Assembly: GCF_964355755.1 (NCBI RefSeq)
Contig: NC_092680.1
Span: 1,178,001-1,242,000 of the forward strand
Reading direction: 5' to 3'
DNA from: Antedon mediterranea
Lineage: Eukaryota; Animalia; Echinodermata
DNA: 64,000 bases
In this document: piece by piece, positions 1-12,000 of the stretch
How the letters are laid out: each line of letters begins with the position of its first letter
Position numbering within the stretch: position 1 is the stretch's first letter
Program-made: the position numbers and the translations under genes
Notes under the pieces: generated by a model
Databases searched by the model: none
What the model saw: the letters and a program-made list of their open reading frames with translations, nothing else
Told to the model about the DNA's origin: nothing

Positions 1-389
1 GCACATTGATTATTTACATATTATGATGTTTTGTTAATTGATTTTCATAATTGATCAACAATAAACACTAGTCCAGCAAACTCAGCTTTTTATTATAGTT
101 TTATGTTCTATCTCAAATTCTTGCCAGGACGGTCGCACGTAACTTTACGACTGTATTAGGCATCATTATGACGTTGTCAGGATTTGAAATTGACTAAATA
201 TATACTTTACTACGAATTAAATACGACATGAAAAATACGATTTTGTTATGGTATATTATTGTACGATGTAATTCTGGGCGCACTACGACGGACCCCGATT
301 GACCGACAATGAACATTGGTGTACGATACCATTACGAATCGTAGCAAAAGTTGTGAACGTGGGAAAGAGGCATCACATGTGCTGTTTAA

Positions 390-533
390 AGCGTGGTTCC
401 CACTTAGAACGCAACGCAATGCAGCGACGTATCGACGCAATGTGCTGTATTGCGTAATCACATGTGGGAACCGACGACGCAAAACAGTGCTGGAAACATT
501 GCAGGTTTTAATTTCACTGCGTCAATACGTCGT
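390..533. mobile_element. MITE family B copy (partial)
   Basis: AGCGTGGTTCCCACT..AACGCAACGCAA terminus, shared with copies at 1038, 2277, 3998, 48509 and 49441. Confidence 0.65.
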
Positions 534-875
534 TGTAACAATGTATGTATGTATGTATTCATCAAGAAACTCCAGGTCGATTGTTGTTGGTAACCGTTGC
601 TTGATATTATCATATAATAATAATATTAATAATGACGACAGGCGACATCGTATTGCTAAACCCATTCATATGGTCTGCTGGTGCTTTTCAATCAAAAGAA
701 ACAAAATATTTTTCCTCATTTTAGATAAAATGATTATCGTTGACTTGCAGTAAACCAAGGAACAATCAACATTTTGTATTGAATATCCTAGCTGATTATT
801 TCTATAAATAACCTTTATATTTTCAACGAGGTATATAATAACAATGATTTTGGCTTGTAAATATCCCCTCCCTCA

Positions 876-1034
876 AGCCGATTTTCCACTAGGCGAATTT
901 GTTCGCGCGAATCGAAGGCGTCAGCTAATACGCATGCGTAGAGAAGGATTTGGAAGACGTAAACATGAATACACATGCGTACAAGCTGGCGCGTTCGATT
1001 CGCGCGAACAAATTCGCCTAGTGGAAAATCGGCT
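876..1034. mobile_element. MITE with 41-bp perfect terminal inverted repeats
   Basis: AGCCGATTTTCCACTAGGCGAATTTGTTCGCGCGAATCGAA at both ends, inverted; TCA/TTA flanks. Confidence 0.85.
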
Positions 1035-2860
1035 TTAAGCGTGGTTCTAGAACGCAACGCAACGACGTATTGACGCAAAGTGATGTATTGCGTAATCACA
1101 AGTGGGGCGTTTCATATACGTATAGTAGTTTAAGTAGATACGTACGTAATACGTATACCATTCTCACTCCTGAGGAGGATCAAAGCATATTGATCGCAAC
1201 GTCGATAAACTCAATAGTTCTTTTCATAACTAATACACGTGGTGTACCGCAAACTTTATATCAACATTTGATTTCGCCATGCAAACCTTCAAACAATATA
1301 ATACTACTTTGAGCTTGTAAACAAAAATCGAAAGGTCGAATGGTGGCTAACATAAAAAAAACAATAAATACAGACTTGGGGCAAGTCTATAGTATACGTC
1401 ATGTAAATGTAAACGTTGGACAAAACGTAAAATCGGTATAAAAATCTAAATTTGTTGGATGGAAGAGGATCTCGCTGTGAGTTAAAACTCTCAAGGTTCG
1501 AATACAGGGAGATTATTTAATACAAGCAACATATTAGTTCCGTGCTATTCTCACAAGATCCTAAGCTCATAATTCAAAATTGGATTATATAATATTTCAA
1601 CATAATATTTAATAATAAACACGGTTTAACTGATTATTAATTGGAATTTTATTGTGTATCCAAAAACTAATACCGCCTTTTGTAAAATAATACCACTGAT
1701 CTATTCAGTCAAGAAGATTACACACATATTTTGCCATACAGACTTACAATTCCGTAACACGTCATACTCGATTCGGTACACAGAATATGAAGGGCCCACA
1801 CTATTATACGAGACGTATATTATTATCATTAAAACGAATATAATTGAAATGAATTACGCCTATAATTTACAAATATTTCATACATAATAATAATTGCGAG
1901 AAATAATAATACAATGATTTCTTTCCCACTTATTATAAACCTAAGAAGCATTGTGAGCATAATGAGACTCATGCATCAGCAGGTGATTGCGAAAAACGAT
2001 TTCGAATAAGCAAGTTGGTCTACAGGTTCACTATTTCTACTATACCGCCGAAAACTCTCGTCCGGATTCTGCGCTCGTTGAATCATCTTTCGATTGTTGT
2101 ATTCACGTCGCCTAGCAAAACTGTTTATACATGTGCGTTTGTTATAGTCAGTGCGCGCGCCGCGGCGGCGTGTGTAAACTCCGCCGGAGTTATTTAACTG
2201 CAGCGTGCGAAACAAGCCGATACAAACGAAAAGCTCCGATAAACTATACTTATCGATCTTATTTTCGATCATTTAAGCTCGGTTCCCACTTGGACGCAAC
2301 ACAAGGACGTACACGCACCGCAAGCAATTCAATCACGACGCAATACATAACTCGAATTGTCGATTGTGATTGGTCAACCCACTTACATTGCGCCCAATCC
2401 GGGGCCCAATCTTTACGGTACGTATCGGACAGAATAATGTGAAACAAAACTATCTGAAGAAAAAATGAAAAAATATGCTGTGTAACTTACAAGTAAAGGG
2501 CTGCATGCTAATTCGTTGTTTGGGGATTTTAATAAAATTACTTAAATCTAAACCTAACCAATAAGTATTCATAAATATATTCATATACATAATAATTCGG
2601 ACTACCTCATAAGTATACAACTGTAATTGTATTAATCAAATATATTTCGATAATTCGTAAATCCCTACAGTCGCCTCTAACTGCATTATAATGCCAACTT
2701 TGTATGGATTATATAAATACAGTAAATATTCAAATACGTTATATTCCACAATAGACAAATAAATCTAACAATTCACTGATCAACTTTAAGTACGAAAAGT
2801 ATAATACATACTTCTACCAACAGTTGGCTTCGTTAGTTACGTCAAACAATTGAATCCTAA

Positions 2861-2998
2861 ACCGCTGTCTACACTATCAAATTTTATGTGAAAAAAAATT
2901 GTGATGTGCCCATATATGGACATTTTTGGGAATATCGCTACCATATTTGGGCACATCACACTTTCTTGTCAAACTAGTTTGATAGTGTAGACAGAGCT
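2861..2998. mobile_element. MITE family A (PIF/Harbinger-like, TAA TSD)
   Basis: TIR (AGCT)CTGTCTACACTATCAAA / TTTGATAGTGTAGACAGAGCT with internal TGTGATGTGCCCA / TGGGCACATCACA. Confidence 0.8.
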
Positions 2999-3997
2999 TA
3001 ACATGAAGGCGTGCATTATATATTTCGTACTCAAAATAACATATCAGACTTTAATTTGTTTAAGCATGTACAGAAAAAACACACACGCAGTTATGCGGAA
3101 AACAGTAATTAATATCAATATGGATACATATTGTTGTAAAAAAACGAAAATTAAATATTGATATTTCATGTTTTATGGCTTAAAATAATCATTTCTCAAC
3201 TAGAAAAATGTGTATTTGTTAACATGCTGTATGTGTCACATGATAATTGTATACTAATATACAACATTTGTTTCTTGGTTAATATCGTTAAATTTACTCG
3301 GATTCTGCCAATACAAGACGGGGAATGTACGAATTCAAAATACAGTTTTCCTGGTATTTAATACAATACTGAACAATGGTTAATATACATACTGCTGTAT
3401 GTTACACTTATGATTGGTAGCGTGGGACCAGACATTCTCTGGTGGCACAACACCAATCATCAACCCACACCATTTGAACAAAATAAGCCTGTTTGCTTCG
3501 TTACCAATACATAGGAAACAAGATAATTTGGTGGATTTGATCACAGTATCTCGGTATGATGAACAAATACTGAATACGGTGTCACACATGTTATCACATG
3601 TGGTTTCTATATAATGGAAGGTTGACACTTTAGTTTAAGGTCTATGGTACAGGCATCACATGTGACTTCAGTATTGTATAATCTTCCTAAAATCGTTACA
3701 GATACTGTACCGAGAATCAACTGAATTACAAACTTGGTTGCTTAAAATTGTATGTAGGCATAATGTTTATTATGTGACAATAAAGCATGTCTATGTCTAA
3801 TACACAATTTTGCATATTGTGATGTTATCAAAAATATATAAACAATCAAAAAACTAAGAAATTTATTGTATAAAAGCAATTGCAATATTTTAATGTTACC
3901 TAATTTAATATAATTTATACTACATATTCAATTGTAAAGAAATATTAACAAATAAAGTCATACAAAGGGAGAAAGAAATGTATTTCTAACATTCTTA

Positions 3998-4179
3998 AGC
4001 GTGGTTCCCACTAGAACGCAACACAAAGTGCTGTATTGCGTAATCACAAGTGGAAACCGACGACGCAACAGTGATGCAAACATCGCAGGTTTGATTTCAC
4101 GCAGGCGGGGGGAAAACACAATTATTGGAAGAGCATTTTCTTACGTTGCCTAGGTTGCGTCGCTAGTGGGAATCAAGCT
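3998..4179. mobile_element. MITE family B (PIF/Harbinger-like, TTA target duplication)
   Basis: TIR AGCGTGGTTCCCACTAG / CTAGTGGGAATCAAGCT, flanked by TTA on both sides; a related degenerate copy lies at about 4221-4362. Confidence 0.75.
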
Positions 4180-6070
4180 TTAGTCTCAGTAGCATGTAAT
4201 GATACTGCTATACTTTAACACCTGGTTCCATGCAATTCAATGATGTAGGCACAATGCAAGCGAGTTTGACCAATTGACCATTGTGATATGATGATGATAC
4301 ATTTGTGTCGTAATTAGTCAAACTATCACGCTTGACTTACTGCGTTTCACGGGAATCAAGCTTTGACCCCATATATTTGTGAATTAATTTAATATTAATT
4401 TAATGTATTTAATAATTTATTTTTATTTATTTATTTTTTAACCTGGGTTAATAATTACTTTTTACATATTTTAAACGGTTATCCACCATTCGTAACTGCT
4501 ATAACATTAACATCTTATATAAGTACAATAAGTTCACTTCATTGAATTGTAAATCATATTTTTATAAAACACCATCATATCCATCTATTCATTATATAAA
4601 GTAACAAATTGTTTAATACTTTGGAATGACAATACACACACAACTTAATGGAAATATAGATGTAACAAAAAATGAACTTGTAAGTAAAGTTAAATTTGAG
4701 CAGAATTCAATTTCAAGATGTGTTTAGGCAAGTTATTAACCTGTGTGACATCTAACAGAGTTGCCGATAATTGTTCCACGAGGTAAACTTACCCGAACCA
4801 TTTATCTCACAGATAATCAAAACAAAATAACATTTAGTTGAAATTGTTCGTTCTAAATTTTCACCTTTTCAAAATACTATTTATGGGACAGGGACATATG
4901 TAAATATTTATAAACATTCACTAAAAATACAGACCAACACAAATGTATATAGGAATGACAAAATGGAATTTATCATGACGGATAAAATAAAATGATATTG
5001 TTGATGGGAAACTATTAGCGACCCTTTCGGTTTGTTTTGGGATGGTATATACGAAAGATCAATAAATACATGTGTATAATAAGCCCAGTACAGTCAAACC
5101 TCCTAATACCACACTACCTGAAAACCGTAAACTATCCAAAAACTAACTTGGGATACAAAAGGTACCAAATTCTTTTTCATTAAAAACACATTCAGAACAT
5201 ATTATTAGGCCAGCTGAAGGAGTTGCAGTATTGGGAGAGTTCAGTGTATACACCGTTCTGTTCATTATCAAAACTCTATTTGTTCAATGTAACGTTTGTC
5301 CTTTCTCTACCGTCCCAAAACAAAAGTTCGGGAAGACATGAAAAATAGGTCGCATTTGCTAATTCACCAACAACATCTTATGAGAAATCGCTCAGGGTAA
5401 ACTACCACAATTACGAATATTGAACTGTGCTAATCTCAAATTGTTTTTACAATTACTATCTTTACATTTATTGAAAACAGAACAAATAAACTGTTTTTCA
5501 ATTTCAAAATCCACACACAATTCTAATCTAAATTTTATACAGTTATTCCTAAAAGAATTCTACAAAACAAATCAAAGTTAAAAGGAATGTTTTTTTCCAT
5601 GAATATTACAAATTTGACACACAGCAATAAAATCTACAAAACATATTTCAAATTAATTATAATTAAAAAATCATATAAAAATTCTAGAAATATCCTTGTA
5701 AAAACCCCTTTGACTTTTGTAGTCGTTAAAATTCTCCCTGATTTTAATCTAGTACAATTTCTTTTAAACATAATTATGAAAACTGTCATTAGCTGCTAGC
5801 TAATACAAGTCTACAATGCAGACAAACTGTTGGCCCGTTATAACCATATAAAGCCTCAAACGATACAAAAACACTGATCAATAATAAGAATGGATAGGGT
5901 AGAGATAATGATTATACACACTGTAGGTATATTGATACATTCTTCAGGTAGTTTAACTCTGACACAGGCACCTTTCATTGCTGTCTGTTCTTACCTTGCA
6001 GGCATCTTTTTCTGCACAGCATCTTGAGGCTAGACTTGCTATATATGCATTCAAGTACGCGTGGAGGTAA

Positions 6071-9000
6071 CTAGCACTCTAACATTCCCTTTACCTTTTC
6101 TGGCGTGGTAGAATCACTGAGATGCTTTGTCGTGTACCTGAAAGAACACAAAAAGGAGTTTAATAACCCTCCTGAAAGCAACCCCGGGTAACTATTAAAA
6201 TTATATCTCAGAGATAAGCAATGAAATAATGATTTAAATAAAAAAATTATGATTTTCTTTTTCATTAGTTCATGTTAACAATTGTTATAAATCATTTCCT
6301 ATTAAAGCTCAAACTTTATGTGATGTGTCCATATATGGACATGATGATGTCATATCACTACCATATTTAAGCATATCACTACCATATTTGGGCACATCAC
6401 ACTGTAGATAGAGCTTAATATTTTCTAAATGATTAATTCCTCTACATTACCACAGTAATTTATGAATGTGTAAGATCTTATTAATTCACCTTAGACCATT
6501 GAGTAATCCCTCTACTTTATTTGGGCACATCACACTGTAAAAAGAGCTTAATATTGTCTAAATGATGAATGATAATTTATTAATGTGTAAGATCTTATTA
6601 ATTCACCTTAGTGCATTGAGTAATCCCTCTACTTTAGTGGCTGGTTGATCCTTTAATACTTTGATGCAACTCTTAATCTAAAATGTTAAAAAGTTCAAAC
6701 CATTAAGAAATGAAGCAAGTTCACTAGTAAGTCTTTAAAATTGATATATTGCCCAAGAACAGCATCAATTGATTACGATATTGATAAAACGATAAAACGA
6801 TGAAGAATGGTTCAATTCAAGAAAATCCCATACAAATAATTCAGAGCATAAAAGTTATTATGTTGACGAAAATGTAGGCGATACGATATTGATAAAACGA
6901 TGAAGAATGATAATAGGTGTTGAGGGAATAAATGTTGATGAAATTGATCCGAAAGAATGGGTGAAAGTGTATGTTGATGATTAGTTGATATATATATTAA
7001 TATTGATTCATGTATATATTCATATATTTTTAAGAAAGCTGATTTTGTATTATTGCTATACAAAAAAAAAAACAACTTTCAAGGCTAAAATAGAGGGCGC
7101 TATTATCATTATATTATTTGCATTGTATTTTTCCTTACCGCGTTTGTCAGAGTTTGTAAAATAGAGGGCCCTATATTGTAATACTCAATTATGAAAAAGC
7201 TGACAATAGGTTTGATCGGTTTTGGGGTAAATAAGACATGACCAACATAACAATTTTCCCAAACAAATTTTTTTGTAAATTATAAAGAAAAAAGAAATTT
7301 AATAATACCAATAACATAAAAAAGTGAATTTGGGGTCAATTGTGTGGATTTTGTGAAAATTTTGGAGGGTTATAAACCGTGAATTGATATAATACAAAAA
7401 TGCTGCTTACATCGATTGGAGAACGTCTGTCGAAGGCGCCAACTGGATGGACGTGATCAAAGAGAATTATGGAGCCAACCATCACACGAAGACAAAATAA
7501 CAACGTCTCGTCGTTCTGAAACCTTGCCTGATAATCCCTAATTTAACAAATCAATGTAATTATTAGTCAAATCTATTTGTAGTATAGTCAACGTTCTAGG
7601 CATGCACAAAAAAAGTACAGTCAATTTTTCCAATACACCACGGAGGACGGACACCTTTGGGGTGGTCTAATATATCTGGTTTTATAGAAAGTCTGCTATT
7701 TCTTTAATATGTATAATAGTTACATACATATAATAGTTAAAATGAATTTGGGAACTTTTGGACCTCAAGAAGAGTCTGGTTTTGGGCGAGTTTCCAGTTT
7801 TCAGAGAGTTTGATATTGGGAAAGTTGACTGTAGTATGATTATAAGCTATAACTACTTAGTACACAATAATACTTACTTATTATCTATCATTACCCTACA
7901 TACAGCAGCCATGGTATGTAATAAATCTGTTGTGTTTTCAACTGGTAGCGATTTTGACTATATACATAAAAATAATATGGTACAAGAATTAGTAAACAAA
8001 TGGTATCTCTCTCTATACATATGGAATTATAGATTTTATGCATGACCATTATGATCTCTCCATATATGGAAATCTTGCACTTTATTGTAGCAACTGCTTA
8101 TTGGGAGTTTTGCTGCATCACATATGCTATAGGTGTACTGTATTGCTTTAAACCACCTTTTTTGTTCAGGCAACACTTTGCAATTTCCAAATATTTTCTG
8201 AATAGGAATGTACACACTGAATAGGAGTGTCATAAAGGAACGTTTCTGCCAAAGATGCTTTTAAAAATTGTTGTGGACAGACGAACGGGCGCCTTTTGGC
8301 AGCAATTGGCACAAAGAGATCCTTAGGGGGGAGGGGGGGCTAAAAAGTTGTGGTATGTTTTGTCTACATGTGCGCAATTCAGCACAGTAGGCTGCAAATC
8401 GCATGTTATTCCCCCATTTACATAAAACCAAATTAAAACTGAAAAAAAAAAGACTGTTACCTCTGTAACAAATTTAGCTGTAACAGTACTGAGTGTGTTA
8501 AGCATTGGGTTTGCTTGGGCGTAGAACAGCGACATCCTGTTGGCTGTCTCGTTACAAACTGCTAATTCAGATTCGTCATCATCCTGAAATAAGATTTAAG
8601 TAAATGTTTGTTTTTGTGAAGACTTATAAGGAAACAATATTCTATACTGTACAACAAAGAACTTTAAGGAAGTATAATTTAGTATTTTTGTATAATATGA
8701 CATGCTATGCTGTATGTTAACCACAATTAATAATGATTAATTTTATGAGCTATATACTCAGACAAGGAATTACTATGTATATTCCAAACTTATATAGTAG
8801 CAAGATTTCGACTAAAAATGATTGTTCAATCTATTGTATACAGCACAGATTCATCCTTTCTATAACATTAACGTCTCCTTTGTCTATACTCTTGAAATAA
8901 AACACTGTTATTATTGTCAAGTGCCATCTTCATGTCTAAAGCTCTGTTTACACTAAAACAAAATGTGATGTGCCCAATTATGGTAGTGCTATGACATCAT

Positions 9001-12000
9001 AATGTTCATATATGGGCACATCACTCGTTTTTGTTACATACAGTTTGATAGTATAGCTCTGTTTACACTATCAAACTTCATGTGATGTTCCCATATATAG
9101 ACATGATTATGTCATATCACTACCATATTTAAGCATATCACTACCATATTTGGGCACATCACACTTTTTTTGTCAAATAGTTTGATAGTGTAGACAGAGC
9201 TTTAAGGTTAGTCAGCATGGCTTGATAGTGATGTATAAGAGGTTAGCAGCAACCTAAGAACTGCATTTCTGTAGGATTGAACAAGGACATCCAAGTTCCT
9301 ACCTTATTAACCATTTTCTTTCTGTTTAATGTCCTCCTATAATAACTAAAGTCATTCTGAATTGCTGGATTGGTCATCTAAAGAAAAAAAAAATATAACA
9401 ACTTTTCATAATTTTATTATTTTTCAATCCCAGAATCCTGGATTCAAGTTCTAGATATGAACACCCTGAGTGTCACATCATTGGTTATCCGCACTTGGCG
9501 GATAACCCCTTGTTATTGTCAGGATCTTTTTTTTTTTTTTTTAGTTATCCGCACATGGCAGTGTGCGGATAACTCCTTGTTATTGTATGGGATCTTTTTT
9601 TTCTTTTTCTGTATTATTCTTCTGTCTTTCTTCCTTTTTTTGTGAGCCCTGTTTCTCTAAAATGTGTAAACAGAACATATCATAACTTAGTCAACATATA
9701 GATATTTACGTGAAGTTGTGCACCTCCTATTTTTGAAAAACGTCAGGGTTGCGCAACGTGATTGCGCGCAATTTTATGAATTTAAATGATTGATCATAGA
9801 TTAAAAACCGAAAGTCATTTTGTATTGAGACTTGGTGAAAATTTAATTCATATCAAGAGTCAACTTTCTGTGGATTAAAAATGGCATGTTTCACACAAAG
9901 TTACGCGCGCACGCGCATTTAAAATTTTAAAATGCGAAAAATCAATTTCTAATCAACTTTCTACGCGTTTCTTGTCATTTTGAGCATGTCAAAAATTCCC
10001 ACACGTGCGCAAATTTTTACGCGCGAGGGGCGCAAGTAGCGTTAAAAACATACTTTTTTCGCGTGATTTGTGTTTTTCCAGCCTTTTCTAGTAATTTTAC
10101 CAACTTTTAAACAATTTCGACTTAAAATGACGTCATACGAGCACGTCGAATTGGATAATTTGCGCGCGTATTTGATCAAAAAGCTAAAAAAATCTTCAAA
10201 ATTATGCCTTTTTTTAAACAGTCGTAGTTTCTAAACTAAACGGTGAAAGTTATTTTTATTACATATTCTGGAAGTTGATGAGTTGTAGATATCAAATCAT
10301 ACAATAATATGGCTAACAGGACATTGTGACGTTATCGTATGGCCACGCGAATATAAAATATAGGATTTTTGTCTCTTTCGTTATTGCTCATCACATTCAA
10401 TGGAGCGCATCACGCTTATCCGTATTCCATTTTCTCCGAGATTTTAATATTGTCTAGGTCAATCAACTACCTTTCGCATGAGTTAAAAATATTTTAATTT
10501 TTGTAACGTCATCATGCCTAAAAATTTTAATTACGTGGGTCATTAATTTCATCTTTCCAGGAAATTTTAATCTGTTATCGCTCGTAAGAATAAAATCGGA
10601 TAATCACGATTAAAATGTTTTCTGAAAGCTATTGGATTGTAGATACGAAATCATGTAAACATTTTGGCAATCGGATGTTGTGACGTCATCATATGGCCAG
10701 TTAAATAAAAAAAGTCGTATTTTCATCTTTTGCGTCATAGTTCATTACATTTAAAAGAGCGCGCATCAATATTTCACATGTTCAAATTTCTTCTACACGT
10801 TAATATGTTTGTTGCTGAGATAATTTCCTTCCAAAATTGCTACATTCGCGTTTCATTTTGAAACCGTCAATATGTTAAAAATTTGAATAAATAGCGGGTC
10901 CCGTAATTTCACCTATTCTACACTGTATGTGATATGTATACAGATTATACTGTGTATACTATATGACACAAAATAACAGAATTCAGCAATAACAACATAT
11001 CATATTCTTCAGTTCAGGTCACAATGCCATAATCTTTTTCCGTGTGCAATATTCCAACGTATGACGTGCACGTGGCGTCTGTCGTGCGGATAACTAACTC
11101 GTCAAAGTGACGAGTTTCATGTCTAGTCTTTTTTTTCTATTTTCTTCTTTCTTTCCACGAATTTTGTTGCTAGTGTATCTCTAAATATTCTTAACATAAC
11201 ATTGTATAACTTTATCAGAAGATTGACCTCTATCTGAAGATGTCGTAATAAGGTTTTCGGTCACGTCCAAGTTGCGCAGCGTAAGTTACGCGCGATTTTA
11301 TGAATTTCAATGATTGATCATAGAATAAAAAGTAAAAGTCGTTTTGAATTGAAACTTGGTGAAAATTTAAGTCATATCATGCGCAAACTTTCTATGGATT
11401 AAAAATTGCATGTTTCACAAAAAGTTACGCGCGCACGCGCGTTTAAAATTTCAAAATTCGAAAAATCAATTTCTAATCAACTTTCTACGCGTTTCATGTC
11501 ATTTTGAGCATTTCAAAAATTCCCACGCGTGCGCAATTTTTTTTACGCGCGCGTGCGCACGTAGCGCAAAAACATCATTTTTTTGCTTGATTTTTGTTTT
11601 TCCTGTCTTTTTTAGTAAATTTACCAACTTTCAAACAATTTCAACTTAAAATCACGTCATACGAGCACGTAGAATTAAACAATTTACGCGCATTTTTGAT
11701 GAAAAAGTTAAAAAATTTGTCAAAATTATGCCTTTTTTTAAACAGTCATAGATTATAAACTACGTGGTGAACTTTTTTTAAATTACATATTCTGAATGTA
11801 GAGGAGTTGTAGATATCGAATCATGCATCGATTTGGCTAACCGGACATTGTAACGTCATCGTATGGCCACACGAATATCAAATATAGGATTTTTGTCTCT
11901 TTCGTCATAGTTCATCACATTTAATAGAGCGCATCTCCACTTATCCGTATTCCATTTTCCCCCATTTTTATATATTGTCTAGGTCAATCAATTATCTTTC

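Noticed and set aside
246-2447. Cluster of 60-145 aa ORFs
   Set aside because: They run through MITE and palindromic sequence, with no recognisable domains or consistent splice structure.
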